DNA of 64,000 nucleotides from an uncultured bacterium (GTDB lineage Bacteria; AUK180): positions 1 through 64,000 of the forward strand of contig CALMGJ010000013.1 of assembly GCA_937863565.1 (NCBI GenBank). The letters are read 5' to 3'. Below are positions 34,601-42,423 of this stretch, piece after piece (the stretch's first letter is position 1; each line of letters starts with the position of its first letter). Below the pieces are notes generated by a model, which worked only from the letters and a program-made list of their open reading frames with translations, ran no database searches and was not told where the DNA came from. A program made the position numbers and the translations under genes.

Positions 34601-36802
34601 GGATGTGGGATTGTAGATCTCTATGAATTCATATGGCGTGTCCGGGCCGTCCACGTCATAATATACTTCGGAAATGACAAGGTGCTGGAACGGACATACG
34701 GAGGTCACCGTAACTGATATCTCGTCCGAAAGCATAGAAAGGACCGAGTCATAGTAAATGCCTACGCGGTAATAATACGTATTGCCGAGCGCAACGCCCG
34801 TATCCGTGAAACTCGGCGTATAACCTGCAACGGTTTGATACAGATCCGCCGTGGTCACTCCTGCGGAGGTCTTCCTGTATATCCTCGTTTCGGCAACGCA
34901 TTTCTGGCAGTACCAGCCGAGGCCGATAGCGGGGCAGACCCCGGATGAAGCATCCCACCCCGTGAAGAAGACCGGTTTGCTCACCACCCTCGTTCTTGCC
35001 GTATTATTGGCTGCCTTGGGAGTACCGGTGGCATATTTGTAAAAATCGGCACAGGTCCAGGAATCGAAGTCTCCCGGAGTAGTATCATAATCGTAGCTCA
35101 CATTATTGCGCCCTATGGATACATTGAAAGGAATAGGGTCCATATCCCAGATGAAAGGCATGGAGTCGAATACTGTCTCATTGCAACCGCCGAAAGCATT
35201 GTATGCGATCTGATCTATTATCGTCCCCGCGCCGTCAACAAGTTGTATGCCGTCGCCGTAGCAGCCGTATGTAAGCGAACAGTCATTGTCATATGTGCTG
35301 GATAGTGAGATCCCGTCCTCATAAGAATCCTGATCGTTCCATCTGTAGAGGTCCGGAACGGTATAGCAGTCGGCATCGTACTGATCAGTATCATCGAAGA
35401 TCTCGAAATCGGGTGTAGGGGCCGAAGGGTAAACATTGATATAATCGTCCGTTCCTCCGCTGCATGCGGTTCGTGCAACGAGAAGATATCCGCCGGCGGG
35501 TATAATAGTATCCGGTGGGAATGCCCACCAATTGTAATAATATTCCGGTTCATCCCTGAAACGCCAGCCGCTGAGATCGATATCGCCCGCCGTCCTGTTG
35601 TAGAACTCGAAATATTCCGCCTCATCATAATCAGAACCGGCCGCGGCCTGGGGGTTGATCATAACCTCGTTTATCAGAACAGAACCGGCAGCACCCGTAT
35701 TGTACGAATAAGTCGTGGCGCCGGTGATCTGATCCGTCTGAGCGTATAATCCCGCGCAGTTATAAGCCCTGATCCTGTAATAATAGGTTTTATCCTCTTC
35801 GAGAGGATGGTCAAGATATGACGTATCGGTAACGGTTTCGACAAGATTCCCTTCCTCCGGTGTGAAACCGTCTGTCCCGGACCTGTATATCTTGTACTGT
35901 ATGCCCATCGGATTCTCCGGGTCGGTCGCTGCCGTCCAGGAAAGAAGAAGTGTTATTTTGTCGCCGCCGTTCTTTATCGTAAAAGTCGAGCCGAAAACAG
36001 GGGCCGTCGAATCACCGTTATTGCAGCAGAAATTCGCGGAAAGAGGAGTGGCTTGAGAAACTATGGCTTTCTTGAAATCCGCCGACGGATCGTTCGTATC
36101 ATTACCATTCGGGCACCTTTGCAGTATAGTATCGCCCGAAGTTTGAACGTCCAGCAGTATCGCCGAACCTCCTACGGTGCATTCGCTCCCCGTACAGATA
36201 TCTATGTCCGCCCAATCCATCTCGTCGATGATCGTACCCGTAGTGCTCCCCACTCTCAGGATGATCTGGTCGTACATATTGTAGGTCGTGCCGCAGGCCT
36301 TTCCGTATCCGCTCCCGCCGCCGATCAGAACAATCTGATCGTCATAGGTGGACTGGGCGGTGGCAAGTATCATATTGGGAACCGAGGCATGGTCATATTC
36401 GAAACTCTGATCGGCATCGTACATTTCGTATATATTTTGCCAGTCGGAACAGGCGGAACACGAAGGGAACACATCGCAGAATCCGTCACCATCGGCAACA
36501 TCTTTCACTACTATCACATAACCGTATGCCGGGATCTGAGAACCGGCGGGAAACCGCCATACATCCTCCCCTCCGCAAGTCCCGTCATATTCGGTACCCA
36601 TTATATAGACATTCTGAAGGTCAATAGCTGATGCTGTTTTATTGTAGATCTCTATGTATTCCGAGCCGTCATAATCGCTTGTGGATGCGGTCCCTACGAA
36701 TACTTCGTTTATGACCAGCTGACCGGCGGTCGGGTCCGCAGCATCGATATAGGAGAAAAAAAGAAAAAGAGAATAGAGCGCGATCAAGATCTTCTTTTTC
36801 AT
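28667..36802 (-). CDS. Giant secreted protein (~2,711 aa): 3 lamin-tail domains, FN3 repeats, 2 phospholipase-D/Nuc HKD domains, TolB-like propeller, ZU5-like domain, T9SS-like C-terminal domain
   Basis: Signal peptide from ATG 36802 (GAGGTG RBS); LVINEV...YIEIYN three times; SHNKFYVLD...TGSWNWS and CHNKYMVID...TGSPNWS; WSPD repeats; VDVPEGAL...TDHFSTYGI; IVPNPY...IYNIAGELV...WD.KN...VASGIY. Confidence 0.85.
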   Translation of the reverse strand: MKKKILIALYSLFLFFSYIDAADPTAGQLVINEVFVGTASTSDYDGSEYIEIYNKTASAIDLQNVYIMGTEYDGTCGGEDVWRFPAGSQIPAYGYVIVVKDVADGDGFCDVFPSCSACSDWQNIYEMYDADQSFEYDHASVPNMILATAQSTYDDQIVLIGGGSGYGKACGTTYNMYDQIILRVGSTTGTIIDEMDWADIDICTGSECTVGGSAILLDVQTSGDTILQRCPNGNDTNDPSADFKKAIVSQATPLSANFCCNNGDSTAPVFGSTFTIKNGGDKITLLLSWTAATDPENPMGIQYKIYRSGTDGFTPEEGNLVETVTDTSYLDHPLEEDKTYYYRIRAYNCAGLYAQTDQITGATTYSYNTGAAGSVLINEVMINPQAAAGSDYDEAEYFEFYNRTAGDIDLSGWRFRDEPEYYYNWWAFPPDTIIPAGGYLLVARTACSGGTDDYINVYPSAPTPDFEIFDDTDQYDADCYTVPDLYRWNDQDSYEDGISLSSTYDNDCSLTYGCYGDGIQLVDGAGTIIDQIAYNAFGGCNETVFDSMPFIWDMDPIPFNVSIGRNNVSYDYDTTPGDFDSWTCADFYKYATGTPKAANNTARTRVVSKPVFFTGWDASSGVCPAIGLGWYCQKCVAETRIYRKTSAGVTTADLYQTVAGYTPSFTDTGVALGNTYYYRVGIYYDSVLSMLSDEISVTVTSVCPFQHLVISEVYYDVDGPDTPYEFIEIYNPTSSSITLTNYKIGDEERKMDTSYKEGMYQFPVGATIAAGQTQVIANYSYHFEDLYGFKPNYEFCWSDASQVHGEDDPAVPNMIQYNTWTVQGYNFVSLGNSADFGDEVLILDGSDRIVDFMNYGQNAMHGHIPHPGVTASGQTLVRSPVWVDTDDPSSDFAISDPASPGCASGTNGTIPSAASALSGYDVGSSGSIYLAFTAAPTGCNIPDHYDIYQSVNSDMSGAVLIGTTSGDTASLSGIGIGTLYYYALKTVDDGDLSSLFSNTVPIKCGPYGTGVLTTFTKSSNYIIENTEGNEFTFLITKEASDISEIQIEVPPAWIAANGGKLLATMFENDAGCAQATRDNRVIFYKIDGTPVLTSSNADINITFELATAPASGEYEFKIYTDGNSPTDGVNPPNFDSYSIIKFPRALLTIYSAGGEASLYTARGSGDGPANPILADSIGNYISIDVASLKDALTGIRVYLPSGWSGISNSTVSVKKLPEYEDWDIYCDFNQTYVDLSNTLAPGETVAFIFYDLISSDNVAENGFIVQTKTELNPDYTACTGSPVTVGMTAIPWFHAYFTEPLDASYGRTAWLKAYGGAWTGTGDMSGIYSAGKHFCDSNLDDVLAYLITQGRYNLYATAYVDQTAGTTIDNAVSGFAGSVKRLWHEGGTSGNTSWGIRSNFGVNNCRNDYSNGCDGSSNMGGDFCASHNKFYVLDVGYYGSSTVGDLVCTGSWNWSSTGTAQQMQNQIYFRHPDIAKQYYNQHHLMWDLGYSGDGWCKSPNLYMGALQSPYYDPAPGGVNYHSIGGGENNIEAYMLGFNDMSDIIGDQIANADHTIYLAISSFTDYTTMYHLQDAYDRGVYIEGVFSSSSWTTGRYYDCQNYGMNVAVDNGGGTYYCHNKYMVIDPEYPASDPTVITGSPNWSAAADSSSTEWTDGTHNQNDENMVVIHDANLANIFFQNYKYIWGNALYNQTGSPAASTFDTDTLPDSPTALLASNTGLDKSIYLNWTAPSHYGDGEEHGLTVKGYNIYRSTSSNPSDGGGGGGDCTEVFENFDGWTGATAYGDYTYNGFQITNGLRDTTYPYSSPSDVRLRNATPQPSLEYIGADGNGKDGGVGTISFWYRSWDGNPSFNFTVSYSVDGGAYVDIATVACANTTYQQWSYALNNTSDNIKVRVTTTYAERMHIDDFSITCPPDGGGGGSGDWTLLKSLHPYTTYYDTDSALEYNVPYYYAVEAVDSRSVSSVKSDTATAKPGDYVRPRVEDYWIQWDSTGNTAEIYIKWNEDMYETAAETLTLFRLNGALNNYPNRATLLSDERTDKLDFTASRLTPGAPFFIRIYSQRDNYEALGGGNLISPNPQDYYFTLPVKSKVDLAVYAKGDYSNATFNGAGDWLLYSVWSKEVTPRIAFMKGTSSTESNIYVISGTDTSAVPVSVTLNADLVTYLSQFTWSPDSTLIAFAAIDGFGRSHIFTEPSDGSRPGRTRISPVSTTDWGNWLDPDWYDFNPGTPDRGDSIAVSIDGDLWVFDPYSTAPDKGTKALTDFSLYTDTNESTSLRDKLLQPKWSPDGTKITFVRDYPASNRSDIYILADVQAVLASGTPVVSWSSSDLVAVTGTNLPSWCPSWTINGDVISYIEDAASRFDNALLWVSAPDIVLADTNFDIFMRNVTGTFTNTPAALIANNPFNEAFAVLAPSGGDKMSYVSMTHGISSDTYALSLLSVQVGGSVSGIGGILHDNSGTYVDVPEGALASDVEITINAPITDPPSDSNGSNLISMGEVREFYADGGGITFEKPVTMTINYTAAVDNSGNGVNSTADEENLKIWYYNNGAWEQIGGKVITGGAINNGGSITIQTDHFSTYGIFMLKKAPAKSGEFRIVPNPYRPSDGNSGTGSASGGIMIDRLSDSVERISIYNIAGELVADWNEGTGLALEYLPSTEDQSVLLHSDYSGLAYEGGLARWDVKNDDLESVASGIYIIVVKDAAGEETFKKLAVIK

Positions 36803-36913
36803 CTGGCACCTCATTACATTATTTTTTAAAAAGTGTGCAATTTTCATACCTGGTTATAAATATTGATATATTGGAATATAAGCGAGATGAATTTTCCAAA
36901 TTATTGGAATTTT

Positions 36914-37852
36914 TTAATATGTTCCAAATGCAGAATATTTTCCCTGATGAGAGCATCTGCTTTTCAGGACCGTATCTATTCTTTGGGTAACGGACCGGGC
37001 ATTCCTCGCCCAATCCGGGGCTATATGCTCTTCTCCCAGGGCACGGCCGCCTATTCTTAAGATCACAAGATCTTTCCGTAGATTCTCGAGGAATAAAGCG
37101 CATGACAGAGCGAATTCCTCCGCAGTTTGAAGTTGTATCCTGCCGGCTTCATATAATCCCCTGATCCTTGCACTTGAAGGGATGAAAAGATTGTGGACCT
37201 TGATCCCATCCGCCGGTAACGCATTGATATACCGGGCGAGTTCGATCTCATATCCTTCCTTCTCATGCGGCAGGCCGAGTATTACATGGATCCCTATGAA
37301 GATGCGTTCGAACTCCGCCGTCATCTTCACGCTCTTTTCGAATATCTCAAGGGGTTCTCCCCTTTCCATGAATGTCCGCGTTTCCGGCCCTATCGATTGA
37401 AGACCGAATTCCAGTGAAACGAAACGGTCTCCGGCAAAAGAATCTATAAGCGCTAGTTTCTCTCTATCCACGGTATCGGCCCTTGTACCGATAATGAGGC
37501 CTTTGATGCGCGGGAATCTCCTTACGATATCGAATTTCGTCTTCAGAGTGTCCGCATTTGCATAAGTGTTCGAAAAAGCCTGGAAATATAAAAGCATGTC
37601 CCCGGCCGTTCTTTCAAGAGCCGATCCTATCAGTGTTTCAAGATCGCCCCCGGCGCTGCCGCTTCCCTTTTCATCGCAGTATATGCAGCCCGAAGATCCC
37701 AGAGTCCCGTCCCTGTTCGGACAGGTGAATCCCGCATTGATGCTGATCTTATTCAGCCGCTTTCCGAAATACTGCTTCAGAAAGCAGGAATACTTGAAAT
37801 AATTACCCGAGCAATTCTTTCCTTTTAAGAACCTGTTCGTAAAATCTGCCAT
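36914..37852 (-). CDS. TIGR01212 (YhcC-like) radical SAM protein
   Basis: GFTCPNRDGT....GCIYC, YFQAFSNTY, IGTRAD, EFGLQS, HVILGLP, GIKVHNL; start uncertain (ATG 37852 chosen). Confidence 0.88.
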   Translation of the reverse strand: MADFTNRFLKGKNCSGNYFKYSCFLKQYFGKRLNKISINAGFTCPNRDGTLGSSGCIYCDEKGSGSAGGDLETLIGSALERTAGDMLLYFQAFSNTYANADTLKTKFDIVRRFPRIKGLIIGTRADTVDREKLALIDSFAGDRFVSLEFGLQSIGPETRTFMERGEPLEIFEKSVKMTAEFERIFIGIHVILGLPHEKEGYEIELARYINALPADGIKVHNLFIPSSARIRGLYEAGRIQLQTAEEFALSCALFLENLRKDLVILRIGGRALGEEHIAPDWARNARSVTQRIDTVLKSRCSHQGKYSAFGTY

Positions 37853-38084
37853 CCGGTCCGAATTCCCCGATATATTGATCGTAGTACTCAAGCGCTCTAT
37901 CTTTATCCGAGAAAATTTCAAGATACGTGTCTCCGGCCTTGAACATCGCATCCTCCCGTTCGTATCTTGAGCGGCAGTTCAGGAGCAGCTGCCCGAGGGC
38001 TGAAGTGAAAGACACCTCATCGTATTTCCATATGGCATCATAAAGTTTTCTCCAGACCACGCACTTCCTTTTATACATCCTCAC
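37803..38084 (-). CDS. Small hypothetical TPR-like protein
   Basis: AMFKAGDTY......DRALEYY..YI..F.P resembles a TPR helix pair; GTGA overlap with the upstream gene. Confidence 0.55.
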   Translation of the reverse strand: MRMYKRKCVVWRKLYDAIWKYDEVSFTSALGQLLLNCRSRYEREDAMFKAGDTYLEIFSDKDRALEYYDQYIGEFGPDGRFYEQVLKRKELLG

Positions 38085-38377
38085 TCACCATGTTTGAAAA
38101 TATGAGCTTCAGGGTCGTATTCATAGGCTTTGCCGGCCGGCCCCATAAGGGAAGCTCCGCGGAGATAAGGTTTTAATTCATCGGCTGATGAGGGATAAAA
38201 ACCCTTGTCATTATAATAATCGAGCACTTTGCCGTTAAGTATCCCGAGATCCGTTTCGATCCTCACCAGCTTCGCCTTATCAAGCTGTTTGCCATAATTC
38301 AGTTCAGTTCCTTTGTATTTGCATTGCGAGAAAATAATAAGGACCAGAACGGTCACGAGACCGAGCGATGTTCTCAT
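38081..38377 (-). CDS. Small exported/lipoprotein with a pseudopilin (GspG-like) C-terminal motif
   Basis: Hydrophobic N-terminus ending FSQC; YYNDKGFYPSS.DEL..YL...G.AYEYDP; GGAGG RBS before ATG 38377. Confidence 0.55.
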   Translation of the reverse strand: MRTSLGLVTVLVLIIFSQCKYKGTELNYGKQLDKAKLVRIETDLGILNGKVLDYYNDKGFYPSSADELKPYLRGASLMGPAGKAYEYDPEAHIFKHGE

Positions 38378-38381
38378 TGCC

Positions 38382-39500
38382 TTACCTCCCATGGACGGAC
38401 CGTATGATTTCACTGTGTGCGTTCATCTTCAAATTGAAATATTCCCAAAAAGTGTTCCTGAAGCGGTCCCTGGAAAAGTGCGATACCGAAGATACTATCC
38501 CGGTCTCTTCCAAGGATGAGGATTCGAGCTCATCGAGAGCTGCGTTCAATGAACCCTCATCTGCCTTCGGGAAAAGAATGCCGTTTCTTCCGTTCAATAT
38601 CTCAGGCGCGGCGCCGGCATTCAAGGCGATCACAGGGGTCCCGCAGGCGGCGGCTTCCGCTAAATGCAATCCGATGTCCTCAGCACCGGGGCTGATAAAG
38701 GCCTTTGCCTTTCCGTAAAGCGCCAGATCGTTTAAACCGGGGTCTTTGATAAAACGGATATTGGGGGAATTTACGGCTTTCTTCAGGATATATTCGTCGA
38801 CATGATCGGTCCGTGTGACCAGAAGAGGCTTCCCGTTCGCAGCAAAAGTTCTCAGAGCATATCTCAGATCCTTTTGTCTTATCAAAGCTGACCTTATCAG
38901 GTAGTATTCGCCTTCGCCTGCCGGACCCGCCTTTCCGAATCGTTCCGTATCAACGGGAGGCAGAATGGTGTCAGCATTGATGTCGTAGTATTTAGCGATC
39001 TTTTCTTTGATATATCCGGATGATGCGATCATATAATCGCATCTTTTCGTACTTACAGTATCCCAAAGTCTCAAGTATGTACCGGTCATTGACCTTATAA
39101 TACCTTTTATTCCGGAATATATTCCCGGAGCATTCCCGTATTCCCATGCGCAGTTCATTAGTCCGATGATATATGTGAAATGCACCGTTTTGGGCATGGT
39201 GATCACGCCTTTAGCGGCGAATTCCGAAATAGAGATCACTGCATCATATCCGCTGAGCTCGAAAAGTTCGGATGCCCAGGGCATAAGAGCACGGTATTTT
39301 AAGGGATCATGCCGCCAAAAAGGTAATTTCTGCAACACGCTCACTTGCTTTACCCTTCCAACGATCCTTTCAGGGACGGCCGACGGGAGCAGGAAGAAAG
39401 TGAAGATATCGGCATCGGGAAAGATATCAAGGAAACAGTCAATTATCCTGCTCTGCTCACCGTAACCGGTAAGTTGATCGCAGATCAAAGCGGTCTTCAT
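38382..39500 (-). CDS. Glycosyltransferase family 4
   Basis: MKTALICDQL...GE, E.FELSGYD.VIS.S..AKGV, PPVD, EDIGL..AEA.ACGTPVIA. Confidence 0.88.
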   Translation of the reverse strand: MKTALICDQLTGYGEQSRIIDCFLDIFPDADIFTFFLLPSAVPERIVGRVKQVSVLQKLPFWRHDPLKYRALMPWASELFELSGYDAVISISEFAAKGVITMPKTVHFTYIIGLMNCAWEYGNAPGIYSGIKGIIRSMTGTYLRLWDTVSTKRCDYMIASSGYIKEKIAKYYDINADTILPPVDTERFGKAGPAGEGEYYLIRSALIRQKDLRYALRTFAANGKPLLVTRTDHVDEYILKKAVNSPNIRFIKDPGLNDLALYGKAKAFISPGAEDIGLHLAEAAACGTPVIALNAGAAPEILNGRNGILFPKADEGSLNAALDELESSSLEETGIVSSVSHFSRDRFRNTFWEYFNLKMNAHSEIIRSVHGR

Positions 39501-39505
39501 GATGG

Positions 39506-39534
39506 AATATATCCTTTTTCCCTGTTTAAATCAA
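39506..39534 (-). promoter_or_regulatory. Sigma70-type promoter TTGATT-17-TATATT, 5 nt upstream of the GT4 ATG
   Basis: Hexamers at 39534-39529 and 39511-39506. Confidence 0.5.
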
Positions 39535-39554
39535 GACATTCCCTAAAGATGATC

Positions 39555-40340
39555 TCAATGAAGTCTTTTAACTTTCTTCCATATGATCTTCCTGAGCTTT
39601 TCATATGACGGTGGCGGTCCGGTCATTATCTGTTTTCCGTCTATGAAAAGAGCGTCCCGTATCCCCCATTCAAGAAAAGTCTCACGCACAGAAGTATCGA
39701 TCTTCACGAAATCCACTTTTCCCTCGAATTCATTTGCGGCTTTCAAGGCACGCTCAAAAACGATATTCTGGGCCGGACAGCCTCCGTGTATGAATGCGGT
39801 CACAACGACACGCCCCTTTTCTCCGGAAGGTTTTTTCCTCTGCCTGATCCATTTGGGAGGCACGGCCCCGTCTTTGAACCTTTTCCAGAGAAGGACCGCC
39901 ATGCCGTCCGAATCCGTTTTCACATAACCGTGTTTTTTATACCATGCGGCACGCATCCAGAAGGGAAGCCATAACCCCCAGGCTGCGATAGCTGAAGCGC
40001 CGGACCCGGCAGCATCCTCTTCTGCCGCGGTGAGAAGCGCTTCTCCCATACCCTTTCCCTGATAATTCCCCCGGCCCTCCTTATGACCGTGCACCCATAT
40101 GCAGCTTATGAAATACATATCCTTTCCGTCCGTATTGGAATACTCTGCCGGGTAATACTGGATCATCCCGCCTGCTGAGCCGCTGTCATCGAAGGCGAGT
40201 TTGACCTTGAGCCCTTTATCTTTCATATTCGAATACCAGTTGCGCTTGTGATCGCCCGCTTCCTTCATCTGTTCTGACCAATCCTCGAGACAATTGAAGT
40301 AAAGGTCTTCATGTTCGATGTCGAGATCCATTATTTTCAT
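39555..40340 (-). CDS. GNAT acetyltransferase (YoaP-like) fused to a C-terminal thioredoxin-like domain
   Basis: GMIQYYP.E, I.CIWV, YQGKGMGEALL acetyl-CoA motif; C-terminal GCP...WGI.DALFIDGK....GPPP. ATG 40340 follows GGAGGA. Confidence 0.8.
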   Translation of the reverse strand: MKIMDLDIEHEDLYFNCLEDWSEQMKEAGDHKRNWYSNMKDKGLKVKLAFDDSGSAGGMIQYYPAEYSNTDGKDMYFISCIWVHGHKEGRGNYQGKGMGEALLTAAEEDAAGSGASAIAAWGLWLPFWMRAAWYKKHGYVKTDSDGMAVLLWKRFKDGAVPPKWIRQRKKPSGEKGRVVVTAFIHGGCPAQNIVFERALKAANEFEGKVDFVKIDTSVRETFLEWGIRDALFIDGKQIMTGPPPSYEKLRKIIWKKVKRLH

Positions 40341-40359
40341 CGTTTCCTCCGATATTTTG

Positions 40360-40388
40360 ATTATACCATCTCTTTGAAACGCCGTCAA
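40360..40388 (-). promoter_or_regulatory. Sigma70-type promoter TTGACG-17-TATAAT for the GNAT gene
   Basis: Near-consensus hexamers at 40388-40383 and 40365-40360. Confidence 0.65.
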
Positions 40389-40459
40389 GGCTCAACATCT
40401 GCTCCGGGTGCCGAAAAAAAATATTATTAATTTTCTTTTTTCCTGTATAATAGATCAGA

Positions 40460-42304
40460 ATGGACCTTAAAAAGAAACTTAATTCCCTCGATATTTTCGC
40501 CATCTCATCGGGCGCGATGATCTCTTCCGGGATATTCATTCTTCCCGGCCTGGCCTATGCGAAAACAGGGGCCGGCGTTTTTCTCTCATATGGCATTGCG
40601 GGCATTGTAGCTTTGATAGGACTTCTCGATATAGTGGAACTTGCCACAGCAATGCCGAAAGCCGGTGGTGACTATTATTTTATAACAAGAAGCATGGGAC
40701 CGCTCATAGGGACATTGGCCGGCGTACTCAGTTATTCCGCTCTTATTTTGAAAACTTCTTTCGCGATTTTCGGAGCAGCAGAGATCTGTCATATCCTTTC
40801 CGGGATCAATGTGTTATATTTTTCGTTCTTTTTTTGCATTATATTCACCTTCATCAATATTAAAGGAATTAAGGAGGCAAGCGGCTTCCAGGTATTCCTT
40901 GTTCTTGCGCTTCTTATTATTATGCTGATGTTCATACTACGCGGAACAGGCATGATATCAATCGCGAACTTCACTCCGTTGAGTACCGGCGGTTTTTCCT
41001 CGATCTTCAGAACTGCGGGTTTTGTTTTTATCTCTTACGGAGGGCTTCTCAAGGCGGCCAGCGTTGCAGAAGAAGTAAAAAATCCCAAAAAGAACATCCC
41101 GCCCGGATTATTGCTATCAATCGTTGTCGTAAGTGTCCTGTATACTTTGATCACGTGCATACTTGTCGGAGTAATGAAGCCCTATACACTTGCCGGTTCT
41201 CTTACTCCGATCGCCGATGCCTCACGCGTCCTTTTCGGGAATATCGGATATATCATTATTATTATCGCTTCGTTCTTTGCTTTTTTTACTACCGCCAATG
41301 CCGGTATAATGGCCGCTTCCAGATATCCTTTCGCCCTGGCCCGAGACGGTCTTTTCCCCGGTTTTCTTATGAATGTGAGCAAAAAGACGCATACCCCTAT
41401 TCTTACGATCTCCGTAACGGGAGTGTTTATTTTCGCTTCGCTCTTTCTCGATCTCGAAACCCTTGTTAAAGCCGCTTCCGCGGTCGTACTCGCCTCTTAT
41501 GCTCTTTCTGCTGCCGCTGTTATCATTCTCCACGAGAGCCGCGTACATGCATACAAACCTTCTTTTAAAGTTCCGTTCTATCCTTTCATTCAGATCGGTG
41601 CTATAATCATCTTCGGCATACTTGCGGTCGAAATGGGGAGAGGTACTCCTAAGATCATCTTTGCGGTGATGGGAGCTGCTCTGATCATCTACCTTTTATA
41701 CGGATCAAGAAAATATAAGAAGGACTATGCGCTACTTTATATCGTAGAAAAGGTCGTAAACAGGAAGCTCACCTCCCAAGACCTGGAGACGGAACTTCTG
41801 GAGATCATCCATATAAGGGATGACGTCACAAAGGACCGAGTGGACCATATCCTGCAGGAAGCCGAGATCATCGATCTGGCAGAATTTCTGACGCATGACG
41901 AATTCTTCCATTTCATTTCAGATAGGATCAGGAACAGCGGATGCGACGCCGTGAATATCTCAGAGCTCCTTATGGAGCGAGAGAAGGAAAGTTCGACCGT
42001 GATCACTCCTTTCGTGGCCGTACCTCATCTCGTCCTGCCCGGCAAGGGATTTTTTAAACTTCTGATAATCAGAAGCCGCGAAGGTATCCACTTTTCCGAT
42101 GAATACAGAAAAGTAAAAGCGATATTCATGCCTTTGGGCACTTTCGACGAGAGGAATACTCATCTCAGAACTCTTACCGCCATCGCGCAGATCATCCAAC
42201 AATCTGATTTCGAGAAGAAGTGGTCCGGTGCACGCAATGCCGATGAACTCAGAAGTCTGCTTCTTTCTTCATCGAGAAAGAGGCAAAAGGGATCAAAGGG
42301 GTGA
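40460..42304 (+). CDS. APC-family amino-acid permease fused to a PTS EIIA-type domain
   Basis: GAMISSGIF.LPG, ELATAMPKAGG.Y, AEEVKNP.KNIP, SRYPFALARD; C-terminal EREKESSTVI...VAVPH and HLR.L.AIAQ. Confidence 0.9.
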   Translation: MDLKKKLNSLDIFAISSGAMISSGIFILPGLAYAKTGAGVFLSYGIAGIVALIGLLDIVELATAMPKAGGDYYFITRSMGPLIGTLAGVLSYSALILKTSFAIFGAAEICHILSGINVLYFSFFFCIIFTFINIKGIKEASGFQVFLVLALLIIMLMFILRGTGMISIANFTPLSTGGFSSIFRTAGFVFISYGGLLKAASVAEEVKNPKKNIPPGLLLSIVVVSVLYTLITCILVGVMKPYTLAGSLTPIADASRVLFGNIGYIIIIIASFFAFFTTANAGIMAASRYPFALARDGLFPGFLMNVSKKTHTPILTISVTGVFIFASLFLDLETLVKAASAVVLASYALSAAAVIILHESRVHAYKPSFKVPFYPFIQIGAIIIFGILAVEMGRGTPKIIFAVMGAALIIYLLYGSRKYKKDYALLYIVEKVVNRKLTSQDLETELLEIIHIRDDVTKDRVDHILQEAEIIDLAEFLTHDEFFHFISDRIRNSGCDAVNISELLMEREKESSTVITPFVAVPHLVLPGKGFFKLLIIRSREGIHFSDEYRKVKAIFMPLGTFDERNTHLRTLTAIAQIIQQSDFEKKWSGARNADELRSLLLSSSRKRQKGSKG

Positions 42305-42312
42305 GGCCCCGG

Positions 42313-42412
42313 TATAAAGTGTATAGTATGAAGTGTGAAGTGCAGGGTGAAACAAGGAACTTGTTCAATTTTGACCGTTCATTATTCATTTTTCTTTATT
42401 CACTGTTTTATA
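42313..42412. repeat. Degenerate 7-bp-phased inverted repeat between convergent genes; possible bidirectional terminator
   Basis: Left arm TATAAAG TGTATAG TATGAAG TGTGAAG TGCAGGG; right arm TTCAATT TTGACCG TTCATTA TTCATTT TTCTTTA TTCACTG TTTTATA. Confidence 0.55.
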
Positions 42413-42423
42413 CGTTCCGGCCG

